A stretch of DNA of 64,000 bases from an uncultured Coriobacteriia bacterium. GTDB taxonomy: Bacteria; Actinomycetota; Coriobacteriia; Coriobacteriales; QAMH01. The position numbers were made by a program, and so were the translations under genes. Location: NCBI GenBank assembly GCA_959608885.1, contig CAUHSG010000003.1:66470-130469 (forward strand). Direction: 5' to 3'. Positions 36,574 through 45,435 of the stretch are shown piece after piece; position 1 is the first letter of the stretch; each line of letters begins with the position of its first letter. A model generated the notes under the pieces. The model was not told the origin of the DNA, made no database searches, and saw nothing but the letters and a program-made list of their open reading frames with translations.

Positions 36574-37317
36574 TCAAAAGCCTGTCTGGACAAATTGGAG
36601 AAGCACCGGCCCCATGACCAGGATGAGCATGGCGGGCAGGATGCATGTTCCCGTGGGTACGAGCAGCTTGACGGGCGCCTTGGCTATCCGACGTTCGATG
36701 GCGCCGCGCCGCTGCCTGCGAACATCGCATGAGAAGCGAGCGAGCATGTCGGCAAGAGGCGATCCGTAGTGAATGGCCTGAATCGACGTATCGGCGAAGC
36801 GCTTCAGCGCCCTTGATTTCGTGCGCGCGAAGAGCGACTCAAGTGCTTGCTGGCGCGAGGCAAGACCACTGCTCCACTCCAGGCGCGCGCCTGCAAGCTG
36901 GTGCGCCAGCACGTTGTCGAACTTGTCGCAATAGAGGTCCAGCGCGGCGTCGAAGGATAGCCCCGAGCGGATGCCCATGGCGACGATGTCTGCCATCACG
37001 TCGACCTGCTCATCGCAGGCGCTACGCAGCTCGCGGGCTGCCCGGGCGTCGAGCATGGCGGGGGCCTTGCGGGTAAGCAGGTAGGCGGTGGGCATGCCTG
37101 CGACGAGCATCCAGGGGGTCGTTGCAAACGAGATGACGAGCGCCGCAGCGCAGAACACGAGAAAGCAGAGCGACTTGTCGCGCAGGATGTCCTCGACGTC
37201 GAGTTGCCCGTGCCTTGGTGCCGCGAATGCGAGACGCGTCGTCATCAGGCAAGCGCACCGCCATGCGCACGCGCAGGCAAGGATGCAGGCGAGCAGGCGC
37301 AATGCAGCTGGAATCAT
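36574..37317 (-). CDS. tadC: TadC-like type II secretion system F-family membrane protein
   Basis: ORF trimmed to ATG 37317, one nt after the tadB stop. T2SSF-like cytoplasmic domain (GIRSGLSFDAALDL...) flanked by TM helices. Confidence 0.8.
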   Translation of the reverse strand: MIPAALRLLACILACACAWRCACLMTTRLAFAAPRHGQLDVEDILRDKSLCFLVFCAAALVISFATTPWMLVAGMPTAYLLTRKAPAMLDARAARELRSACDEQVDVMADIVAMGIRSGLSFDAALDLYCDKFDNVLAHQLAGARLEWSSGLASRQQALESLFARTKSRALKRFADTSIQAIHYGSPLADMLARFSCDVRRQRRGAIERRIAKAPVKLLVPTGTCILPAMLILVMGPVLLQFVQTGF

Positions 37318-37318
37318 G

Positions 37319-38095
37319 TCAGACCGCCTCCTCGAGGTCGACCGAGAAGTCGACGGCAAGGGCCCTGCGCACGAGCACGATGCCCGCCGCCTCAAACAGG
37401 AGCGCGAGGACGAAGAGGCACACGCCGAGCGGGGAGCTCAGAAACCCCGTGAGGTATCCGGGCGAGAAGACGGACAGTATCGCCAACAGCGCAAACGGCA
37501 TGATGGTCACGATGCGGCTCGAAAGGCGTCCCTGTGCCGTCTTGGTGCGCAAGTCATCCTTGAGCTCGGCAGTCTGCTGGAGCAGGCCCGCCACGCTTTC
37601 GAGTATGTCGGTCAGGCTGCCGCCTGACTGGTGCTGGATCTCCATCGCGACGGCGAGGTAGGCGAACTCGGATCCTCCCGTACGCTGCCGCAGCTTTTCC
37701 AGTGCCTCGTCGAAGCCCTGGCCGGCCTCGAGATCCCACACCGTGCGCTTGAGCTCGCCAGCGAGCGGCTCGCTGCAGTTGTCTGCGGCATAGCGCAATG
37801 CCATGACAAGTGACGATCCACTCTCCAGCGCCGTGCATAGCAGGCGCAGCACCTCGGGCATCCCCTGTTCCAGGGCCTCGACGCGCTTTCTATGCCGGTA
37901 TCCGCCAAGCATCCTCGAGATGGGCGTGCTTGCCAGCATCCTGCCGTAAACGCGCTCGAGGGCGCGCCTTCCCGACGAGCGCAGGATCGATCGGCTGAGG
38001 TGGACGTGATCCAAAACCAGAAGACAAGATCGGTACATTCCATAGGCCGTTGTCACGAGTGCCCCAAGCAGGAGGGCTGCACTGATTGCACCCAT
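37319..38095 (-). CDS. tadB: TadB-like type II secretion system F-family membrane protein
   Basis: ORF trimmed to ATG 38095 behind GGAGGAGGTG. T2SSF-like core (LESGSSLVMALRYAA...GQGFDEALEKL...). Confidence 0.8.
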   Translation of the reverse strand: MGAISAALLLGALVTTAYGMYRSCLLVLDHVHLSRSILRSSGRRALERVYGRMLASTPISRMLGGYRHRKRVEALEQGMPEVLRLLCTALESGSSLVMALRYAADNCSEPLAGELKRTVWDLEAGQGFDEALEKLRQRTGGSEFAYLAVAMEIQHQSGGSLTDILESVAGLLQQTAELKDDLRTKTAQGRLSSRIVTIMPFALLAILSVFSPGYLTGFLSSPLGVCLFVLALLFEAAGIVLVRRALAVDFSVDLEEAV

Positions 38096-39417
38096 TGCTC
38101 CACCTCCTCCTGCGTGGCGATGCCCATGTAGGGAAGGTCGTAAACCCAGGCGGGAACGAGACCCCATTCGTAGTGGCGGTTGCGCCTGTTCCAGCTGACG
38201 GTGGGAACAAAGCCCCCTTGGGATGCGCCGCCTTCTTCGGCATCGAGTTCGCGTCTGCCCTCGTTGCGCATGGCGATCTGCGTGATGCGTCGCATGCCGC
38301 CGGCCAGGCGGTCCTGTTGCACGATGAGGTCGAGTGCCGATGCGATCTGCTCTCTAATGATCTGAGTGGGCAGGTCCATGCCGTAGCGCACCATCATGAC
38401 AAGACGGGGTATGGCCTCGGCGGGCGAGTTGGCATGCAGCGTCGTCATCGAGCCATCGTGGCCGGTGTTCATGGCCTGGAGCATGTCGAGGGCCTCCGCG
38501 CCGCGGCATTCGCCCACGATGATGCGGTCGGGACGCATGCGCAGGGCATTCGTGACGAGGTCGCGTATGGTTACGGCGCCACGCCCCTCGGCATTTGCCA
38601 GGCGCGCCTCCAGGCGTATGACATGCGGGTGCTGGTCGAACCTGAGCTCGGCGCTGTCCTCGATCGTTATGATGCGCTCGGCGTGGGGGATGAGTCGCGA
38701 AAGCGCATTGAGAAGGGTTGTCTTGCCCCCACCTGTGCCCCCAGACACGGCGATGTTCTTGCGTGCGCGTACGGCCCAGGCAAGCAGGCGCTCCATTTCG
38801 GGGGAGAGCGCATCCATGTCCACCAGCTCGTCGAGCGTGAAGGATTGGGTTCGAAACTTCCTGATGGTGACTGACGTCCCGTCGATCGAAAGGGGCGGGA
38901 TGACGACGTTGACGCGATGTCCCTCTGGCAGACGCGCGTTTACCAGTGGGCTCTGCTCGTCGACGCGACGTCCCAATGGGGACACGATGCGATCGACGAC
39001 GAGCCGTAGCTGCTCCTCGGAATCGTAGCGCTCCGCGCTACGATAGACGCTGCCCCTGCGTTCGAAGAAGATCGCATCGGGGCCGTTGACCATTATCTCG
39101 GTGATCTCGTCGTCCTTGAGCATCTTTTCGATGGGACCCAGGCCCAGGACCATGTCAAGGGTGTGCTCGACGAGCGCGTCGCGCTCTTGCCCGGTCATGT
39201 GTCCAAAGCCATGCACGCTCAGGAGCTGGTCGATCGTGGCGGCCAGCTCGCGTCGCGCGACCTCGCGCCCCCTGGCGAGCAGCTGGGCGATGCGCTCGCT
39301 CGGGATTTCCCCGTAGAGCAGATCCCGCAGGCGCGCATGCTCCCTTTCGTATCCTGCACCCATTGCATCGGTGGAGTCGGCAACCTGGGTCTTCGTTATG
39401 TAGTCACCGAGCTTCAT
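38053..39417 (-). CDS. tadA: CpaF/TadA-family pilus assembly ATPase
   Basis: 454 aa. EIMVNGPD, Walker A SGGTGGGKTTLLNAL, Asp/His boxes (IIVGECRG, GHDGSMTTLHAN). Confidence 0.92.
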   Translation of the reverse strand: MKLGDYITKTQVADSTDAMGAGYEREHARLRDLLYGEIPSERIAQLLARGREVARRELAATIDQLLSVHGFGHMTGQERDALVEHTLDMVLGLGPIEKMLKDDEITEIMVNGPDAIFFERRGSVYRSAERYDSEEQLRLVVDRIVSPLGRRVDEQSPLVNARLPEGHRVNVVIPPLSIDGTSVTIRKFRTQSFTLDELVDMDALSPEMERLLAWAVRARKNIAVSGGTGGGKTTLLNALSRLIPHAERIITIEDSAELRFDQHPHVIRLEARLANAEGRGAVTIRDLVTNALRMRPDRIIVGECRGAEALDMLQAMNTGHDGSMTTLHANSPAEAIPRLVMMVRYGMDLPTQIIREQIASALDLIVQQDRLAGGMRRITQIAMRNEGRRELDAEEGGASQGGFVPTVSWNRRNRHYEWGLVPAWVYDLPYMGIATQEEVEQWVQSVQPSCLGHS

Positions 39418-40202
39418 GAGAAGAGCCTCCGTCTTTTTTGCGGCGTGGGGGCAAACTCGATGCCGATGCGCGGGAGCAGGCAGCTCAGCATCCTCTGGAT
39501 ATCCGGTATGGGGGCGGCCTCGCCCTCGACGAGCTCCTCGATGCGGCCGGCTTCCACCAGTGCCCCGACGCCGCCCTTGCCATCGGCAAGGGCGAAGAGC
39601 TCGTCTGCGTCAAGGGAGACGCGTGCATGCTCGAACTCGCTTCTGGGCAAGTTCGAGGACCGGTTGAGCACGTAGGCGATGCGCGCTGTGGGAATGCCGA
39701 TCCTCTGGCAGAGCTCGCCTGCCTTGATCGCCCCGTAGACCGACGAGCGCCGATGGTCCATCAGGATGATCACGAGGTCGGATGACACGAGGAGTGCCCC
39801 GGTGAGACCCGACCAGTACTGGCCGGTATCCGCAATGACGAGGTCGTAGCGATTGCGCACGTGATCCATGAGTTCGACCACGGCATCGGCGACCTCCTCT
39901 GCCACCTCGGGCAACACGGGTGCCTTGAAAAGGTCGAGTTTGGCCGAGATGGGGACGGGGTTGCATGCGGTGCCTTGCGCCAGGTTGGAAAGCGCGACGT
40001 CGAGCCCCAGCCAATAGCCCATGTCCCCAAACTGCAGGTCGCCTTCGAGAATCGCCGTCCTGATCGACTGGCGTGCCACGAGATGCCCTGCGAGAAGCGC
40101 CAGCGTGCTCTTGCCCGTGCCCCCGCTTGCCGACACCAGGGTGACGAGTGGCGCCTGGTTGCACGTGGCCGAATACGCCCGCTTGTCCACGGTGCCCATC
40201 AT
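39414..40202 (-). CDS. TadZ/CpaE-like ParA/MinD-family ATPase
   Basis: 262 aa. Deviant Walker A SASGGTGKSTLA. ATGA overlap with tadA (39414-39417). Confidence 0.8.
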   Translation of the reverse strand: MMGTVDKRAYSATCNQAPLVTLVSASGGTGKSTLALLAGHLVARQSIRTAILEGDLQFGDMGYWLGLDVALSNLAQGTACNPVPISAKLDLFKAPVLPEVAEEVADAVVELMDHVRNRYDLVIADTGQYWSGLTGALLVSSDLVIILMDHRRSSVYGAIKAGELCQRIGIPTARIAYVLNRSSNLPRSEFEHARVSLDADELFALADGKGGVGALVEAGRIEELVEGEAAPIPDIQRMLSCLLPRIGIEFAPTPQKRRRLFS

Positions 40203-40862
40203 CTAGCTCACCTGATTTGCGGCGCTGTTGCCGGGCAAGACGAAGTGGATGGTCCCACGCGCCGAGGCGGATATGAGCTCGCTCACGCTCGAGGGCGTCA
40301 CGGCGAGCGTCACCCACGAGATCTGCTTGTCTCCCGCATCGTCGGGCGTGCTCGTCTCGAGCACGAGTATGCGCTCGCCGATCATCGTGATTTCGCCCGA
40401 TGCAGCTTCGACGTAGACGTCGACGACCGAGCCCGCCCGTATGGCGCCTCCCACGGCAAGCACGTCATCGGAGGCAACGCTTGCGGCGGCAAGCCCGTCG
40501 GGTACCGTGATCCTGGATGATCCGTCACCCACGCGCTCGAGCAAGATGGGCTCGTTCACGCGAATCTCGCTCTGGGCGACGAGCCCTTCGAGTTGCTCGT
40601 GGCTCTGGGCGGCCTGGCCCTGCGGCAGGAAGTCGACGAGCCATTCCTGCACGGTTGCGTTCGACTCGTCGACGGTGCCCCCGATGGGGATTGTCTTGGT
40701 CGCGACGAGCACGGGGACACGTTCGCCCCCGTATTGCTGGATGGCGGCCGCGCGTGCCATGGATGCCTCGGATTTGATGGTCGCCGTATAGGCAAAAACG
40801 CACAATGCCGCCAGCACTCCGCAGCAGATCGCGATTGCCGTTTGCTTTCGTTGTCTCGTCAT
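40203..40862 (-). CDS. cpaB: CpaB/RcpC-like Flp pilus assembly protein (SAF domain)
   Basis: 219 aa. N-terminal TM anchor, then a SAF-like segment (VPVLVATKTIPIGGTV) and RcpC-like C-terminus. First gene of the operon. Confidence 0.85.
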   Translation of the reverse strand: MTRQRKQTAIAICCGVLAALCVFAYTATIKSEASMARAAAIQQYGGERVPVLVATKTIPIGGTVDESNATVQEWLVDFLPQGQAAQSHEQLEGLVAQSEIRVNEPILLERVGDGSSRITVPDGLAAASVASDDVLAVGGAIRAGSVVDVYVEAASGEITMIGERILVLETSTPDDAGDKQISWVTLAVTPSSVSELISASARGTIHFVLPGNSAANQVS

Positions 40863-41081
40863 GACACCTCCACGACACGTCCGTTGGAGCCGTGACTATG
40901 CAACAGGGGCGTCCGAGCCATCTACCCCCAGAACCTGTACGATTTCGGAGTTGAATCGGATCGACTTCGGATTGATTTCAGACGCGATTCCGAAAGCCCC
41001 CGTTCAGCGCAGGGGAGTGCGTTGCGTCAAGAGCACGTCCAATGCATGCGCAATTGGGGGATTCTCAAAAAATTTTTCGCA

Positions 41082-41146
41082 GGGGCCGCGTTTCCACGCG
41101 GACAACATGTCGCTGGCGGCGTTTTGCGGGGGCCGCGTTTCACGCG
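41082..41146. repeat. Two direct copies of a GC hairpin motif (probable trkA terminator region / Tad upstream region)
   Basis: GGGGCCGCGTTTCCACGCGG (41082-41101) and GGGGCCGCGTTTCACGCGG (41128-41146). On the minus strand the first is followed by AAAAATTTTTT. Confidence 0.4.
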
Positions 41147-41216
41147 GCCCGGGTTGCCGCGAAGCGGGCTGTCGGGGAGCGACCATCGAGGCGGCATCTC
41201 CCATATGCCGCGTTTC

Positions 41217-41882
41217 CTAGAGATGCCTGATGATGCTGCGGAACTCCTCCTCGGCATCGCTCTTGGTGGCGGCGATGATGGTCTCGCCGGGGTAGAGCAC
41301 CGTGTCGCCCGTGATCATCACGAACTCGTCATCGCGGATGACGGCGATGAGTTGCGTGTCATGTGAGAACGGGATATCTGCCACGCGCACGCCGTCCTTG
41401 TGACGCATCTTGGCGGGCAACTTCGTCTCGACCATCACGATGTCGCCCTCGCGTAGCGAGAACACCATGCGCATGTCACCTACGATGGCTTCCTCCTCGA
41501 CCATACGCGCGATGAGCTCGGTCGACGAGACAGGTTCGATGCCCACCTCGTGGAAGATACGGCCGTTCTTGGGGTTGTTGACGTTGGCGATGCAACGCGG
41601 GACGTTGAACGTGGTCATGGCGATCTCGCAGGCCACGAGATTCGTCTCGTCATGGCCCATGAGCGCGACGAAGAGGTCGGCGTCATCGACGCCGGCATCA
41701 AGCTGCACGGCCGAATCCGTGCCGTCGCCCTCGATGATGAGCACTTCGGGAGGCAGCGTATCGGCGAGGTGATCGATGGTCTCGCTGTCCTCCTCGATAA
41801 GCGTGATGCGATGGTTCTGTTCGAGCATCATCGAGATAAGGTATTCCGCCGTGGTCGATCCGCCGCTAATGACAATGAACAT
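41217..41882 (-). CDS. TrkA-family K+ transport regulatory protein (RCK; CeoC-like), degenerate NAD motif
   Basis: ORF trimmed to ATG 41882 (MFIVISGGSTTAEY...). RCK_N/RCK_C layout, but the GxGxxG position reads SGGSTT. Confidence 0.85.
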   Translation of the reverse strand: MFIVISGGSTTAEYLISMMLEQNHRITLIEEDSETIDHLADTLPPEVLIIEGDGTDSAVQLDAGVDDADLFVALMGHDETNLVACEIAMTTFNVPRCIANVNNPKNGRIFHEVGIEPVSSTELIARMVEEEAIVGDMRMVFSLREGDIVMVETKLPAKMRHKDGVRVADIPFSHDTQLIAVIRDDEFVMITGDTVLYPGETIIAATKSDAEEEFRSIIRHL

Positions 41883-41886
41883 GTGA

Positions 41887-42531
41887 TCAGCTCCTGATAA
41901 AGCGCGAAAGGCGACCGAAGTCATCGCGAGCCACGCAGACGATGGCGACATCGCCATCATGCAAGATGGTGTCCTGCGTGGGAAGGATGGTCTCGTCGTC
42001 ATGCTCGACGGCGACCACGCGCGCATCGTAATCCTTCTCGAGCTCGCTGCATGACATGGTCACGTCATCTTCAAAGTTGAAGGCGAAGCGCACGAGTTCA
42101 TAGCTGCCGAAGGTGTCGATGTGATGGCCGTGTCCCGATTGGATCTTCGAGAAGATTTCCTCGGCGACGAGAGTCGTTCCGCAGGCGAAGTCGAGGCCGA
42201 GCTGTGCGTAGGTCTTCTCGCGACGCGCCTCGTAGAGTCGCGCGATTACATGCGGGACCTCGTAAATGCGACGTGCGACTTCCGCAATCATGAGGTTGGC
42301 GTTATCGTTGCTCGTGACCGCTGCGATGACATCGGCTTCCTCGATGCCGGCATCCAGGAGCACGCTTTCATCAAAGCCGATTCCGCGCACGATGCGACCG
42401 TTGAAATCACGCCCGAGGTTCTTGAACGCATCGGTGGCGCGGTCGATGACCGAGACGTTGTGGCCGTCTTCGGAAAGCAGGGTCGCCAGGTGGCTTCCCA
42501 CGCGACCGCATCCCACGACGATGATGTTCAT
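41887..42531 (-). CDS. trkA: TrkA-family K+ transport regulatory protein (RCK; CeoB-like)
   Basis: 214 aa. MNIIVVGCGRVGSHLA Rossmann motif and an RCK_C-type C-terminus. Confidence 0.9.
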   Translation of the reverse strand: MNIIVVGCGRVGSHLATLLSEDGHNVSVIDRATDAFKNLGRDFNGRIVRGIGFDESVLLDAGIEEADVIAAVTSNDNANLMIAEVARRIYEVPHVIARLYEARREKTYAQLGLDFACGTTLVAEEIFSKIQSGHGHHIDTFGSYELVRFAFNFEDDVTMSCSELEKDYDARVVAVEHDDETILPTQDTILHDGDVAIVCVARDDFGRLSRFIRS

Positions 42532-42547
42532 GGCGCGCCCCTCTCGC

Positions 42548-43819
42548 CTACTGCGCGGTGATCACATCGCAACCCATGTACGGGCGCAGCACCTCCGGAA
42601 CCGTGATGGATCCGTCGGCGTTCTGGTAATTCTCGATGACGGCTGCCATAGTGCGCCCGACGGCCAGGCCGCTGCCATTGAGCGTGTGCGCGAAGTGCTT
42701 CTTGCCGTTTTCATCGGTGTACTTGATGTTGGCGCGTCGTGCCTGGAAATCGCCACAGTTGCTGCAGCTCGAAATCTCCTTGTACGCGCCATAGCTCGGC
42801 AGCCACACCTCGAGGTCGTAGGTCTGACGGGCAGAAAACCCGAGGTCACCCGTGCACAGGCTGATGACGCGATAGGGAAGCCCCAGCTCCTGCAAGATCT
42901 TCTCGGCGCAGGCGGTCATGTCCTCGAGCTCATCGTCGGATTTCTCGGGGTTGGCGAAACGCACCATCTCGACCTTGTCGAACTGGTGCACGCGAATGAT
43001 GCCACGCGTGTCGCGACCGGCGCTGCCCGCCTCCTCGCGGAAGCACGGCGTGTAGGCACAGTAGCGAATGGGCAGTTCGGCGCTGTCGAGCACCTCGTTG
43101 GCATGCAGGTTGGTGAGCATGACCTCGGCCGTGGGGATGAGATAGAGCCCCTCTGTCGTCTTGAAGAGATCTTCCTCGAACTTGGGCAGCTGGCCCGTTC
43201 CGGTGAGGGTTTCCTTGTTCGCGAGTGCAGGAACCCACCATTCGGTGGACCCCCATTTGACGTGCTCGTTGAGCATGAAGTTGATAAGCGAGCGCTCCAG
43301 ACGGGCACCGGCGCCGTGCAATGCGTAGAAGCGCGCGTGCGCGAGCTTCACGCCACGCTCGAAGTCGATGATGCCGAGCTCGGGGCCAAGGTCCCAGTGC
43401 GCTTTAGCCTCGAAGTCGAATTCGCGCGGCGTGCCCCAGCGGCGCACCTCGGGATTATCGTTCTCGTCATCGCCGATGGGCGTGTTGGGGCCGGGGATGT
43501 TGGGAATGGAGTAGGTGAGGCCGTTGAGCTCCTCCTCGATAGCCACGAGGGCGCCATCGAGGTTGTCTATCTCGTCGCCCACATTGCGCATGCGAACCTT
43601 GGCAGCCTCGGCCTCTTCGGCGTTGCCCTCCTTGAGCAGCTGGCCGATTTGCTTCGAGACGGTGTTGCGCTCGGCCTTGAGGGACTCGACCTTCTGGATG
43701 ACCTCGCGGCGTTCTTCATCGAGGCGACGAAACTCATCGTAATCCCACTTCGCGTGGCGATTCTTCAGAGCCTCTTCGATGGCTTCCGGGTTTTCGCGAA
43801 TGAAGCGAATGTCGAGCAT
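42548..43819 (-). CDS. serS: Seryl-tRNA synthetase
   Basis: ORF trimmed to ATG 43819 behind [22 protein letters not shown] opening, class II motifs ([32 protein letters not shown]). Confidence 0.93.
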   Translation of the reverse strand: MLDIRFIRENPEAIEEALKNRHAKWDYDEFRRLDEERREVIQKVESLKAERNTVSKQIGQLLKEGNAEEAEAAKVRMRNVGDEIDNLDGALVAIEEELNGLTYSIPNIPGPNTPIGDDENDNPEVRRWGTPREFDFEAKAHWDLGPELGIIDFERGVKLAHARFYALHGAGARLERSLINFMLNEHVKWGSTEWWVPALANKETLTGTGQLPKFEEDLFKTTEGLYLIPTAEVMLTNLHANEVLDSAELPIRYCAYTPCFREEAGSAGRDTRGIIRVHQFDKVEMVRFANPEKSDDELEDMTACAEKILQELGLPYRVISLCTGDLGFSARQTYDLEVWLPSYGAYKEISSCSNCGDFQARRANIKYTDENGKKHFAHTLNGSGLAVGRTMAAVIENYQNADGSITVPEVLRPYMGCDVITAQ

Positions 43820-43934
43820 TGTTCCTCCTGTGCGTATGCGCGTCATGCCGTTCGAAATGTGTTGCGAGCAAGTATACCTCTCACGGCGCGTTTTGCGGTA
43901 CCATGCGACCCGTGACTTTTAGCTGGGAGAGAGT

Positions 43935-44132
43935 ATGTTCGACGAATATTTCGCATACTTTGGTCTGACGGGGGGCGTTCTCCTCATCATCGGCATTGGC
44001 TTGCTCCTCTTTCTGTTGATCGCCATCATTCTCGAGCGGCGCACCAAGCTGCTCTTTCCCGAGCGGCACAAGCCCAAGTCGAACGCAGATGACGATTTTC
44101 TGTCCTTTGACGATGACGAGGATGAAGACTGA
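43935..44132 (+). CDS. Small membrane protein with acidic tail (hypothetical)
   Basis: 65 aa. One long hydrophobic helix followed by DDDFLSFDDDEDED. GGGAGAG upstream. Confidence 0.45.
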   Translation: MFDEYFAYFGLTGGVLLIIGIGLLLFLLIAIILERRTKLLFPERHKPKSNADDDFLSFDDDEDED

Positions 44133-44189
44133 GTCTCCGGGTACACTTAACCCGACCCGTGCATGACGAGCCAAGCAAAGGAGCACGAC

Positions 44190-44585
44190 ATGATTAGAAA
44201 GCGCCTCATCGTATGCCTCATCGCAGCGGTCATGTCCTGCACGTGTCTGCTCACGTTCGCGGCATGCGGTTCGGCGGATGCCAACAACCTCGTGGGCGAG
44301 TGGAAGATCAAGGACACGGACGTTACGGTCGTCTTCTCGGGAGACAAGTTCAAGCTTGTTGGCAATACCTTCGACTACTCGGTCGATTCTGGTGCTAAGA
44401 CCATCACCTACAAATCGGGTGATGCGACGGGCAGCGCGAAGTACAGCTTCAGCGACAACGGCCAGCAGCTCACGCTCGAGGAGAGCGATGGCGTTGGCGG
44501 GACGAAGACCACCGTGTTCGACAAGGTTTCAAACGATGGCAATGCCGAACCGTCGGCAAATGGCGTCGTAGCCGAAGGTGAGTAG
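44190..44585 (+). CDS. Small lipoprotein (hypothetical)
   Basis: ORF trimmed to ATG 44190 behind AAAGGAG. Signal peptide with lipobox LTFAAC. Confidence 0.65.
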   Translation: MIRKRLIVCLIAAVMSCTCLLTFAACGSADANNLVGEWKIKDTDVTVVFSGDKFKLVGNTFDYSVDSGAKTITYKSGDATGSAKYSFSDNGQQLTLEESDGVGGTKTTVFDKVSNDGNAEPSANGVVAEGE

Positions 44586-44649
44586 GTTTCGCGTGCGGTG
44601 TTTCGGCATCGCACGACGAGAGCGGTACAATACATGCATGCGAGCGAGT

Positions 44650-44750
44650 GCGTCGCATGGGCTTGGGCGGCATCATGTCCCGAACCTGGTCAGGTCCGGG
44701 AGGAAGCAGCCATAAGGGGCCTCTGGTGGGCGCCCAAGTCCATACGGCGC
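44650..44750 (+). ncRNA. ffs: Small bacterial SRP RNA (4.5S-type)
   Basis: Conserved domain IV core CCTGGTCAGGTCCGGGAGGAAGCAGCC (44685-44711). Closing helix GGGCTTGGGCG (44659-44669) pairs with CGCCCAAGTCC (44731-44741). Typical location upstream of dnaX-ybaB-recR. Ends approximate. Confidence 0.75.
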
Positions 44751-44757
44751 ACTTCTC

Positions 44758-45429
44758 ATGCAAGATAGGCTGGTAATGGAAGTAATACAGTTTTTCATCG
44801 ACTTGCTGCGCGACCCGCGCGGGTTCATCGCGCAATGGATCATCGAGCTGGGTCCCGTCTGGGTCTACACGCCGTTGTTTCTCATCATCTTCGTCGAGAC
44901 GGGTTTGGTCGTCACGCCGTTTTTGCCGGGTGACTCGCTGCTGTTCTGCGCGGGTATCTTCGCGGCCGACGGCGGTGGCCTCAACATTTTCGTGCTCATC
45001 ATCCTCATGACGATCGCCGCGATTCTGGGTAACACCTCGAACTATTGGATTGGTCGCAAGGTGGGCCAGGCCATCGTGGCAAGCGGTCGCGTCAAGGCGC
45101 TCACACCCGAGCGCATCGCGAAGACGCAGGCCATGCTCGACAAGTACGGCTCGATTGCCGTGTTCCTCACGCGCTTCTTCCCGATCATCCGCACCTTCGC
45201 GCCGTTTCTGGCGGGCATGGGAGAGATGCACTTCGGGCGCTTCACGCTGTTCAACGTTCTGGGCGGTGTCACCTGGGTGTGCGTGTTCACACTGCTGGGC
45301 TACTTCTTCGGCGGCGTGCCCTTCGTCCAAGATCACTTCGAGCTCGTCATCATCGGCATCGTGGTCATATCGTTCATCCCCACCGTGGCCGGTCTCATCA
45401 AGGCCAAGATGAGCACGAAAGGAAAGTAG
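44758..45429 (+). CDS. DedA-family membrane protein
   Basis: 223 aa. FLIIFVETGLVVTPFLPGDSLLF is the DedA/SNARE-associated signature. Alternative start at ATG 44776. Confidence 0.85.
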   Translation: MQDRLVMEVIQFFIDLLRDPRGFIAQWIIELGPVWVYTPLFLIIFVETGLVVTPFLPGDSLLFCAGIFAADGGGLNIFVLIILMTIAAILGNTSNYWIGRKVGQAIVASGRVKALTPERIAKTQAMLDKYGSIAVFLTRFFPIIRTFAPFLAGMGEMHFGRFTLFNVLGGVTWVCVFTLLGYFFGGVPFVQDHFELVIIGIVVISFIPTVAGLIKAKMSTKGK

Positions 45430-45435
45430 GGATTC

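Noticed and set aside
42266-43915. 549-aa plus-strand ORF antisense to serS and trkA
   Set aside because: serS and trkA on the minus strand are unambiguous. The antisense product is low-complexity.
43820-43934. Possible T-box or other leader upstream of serS
   Set aside because: The gap is only 115 nt and shared with a divergent small ORF. I saw no specifier/T-box conserved sequence.
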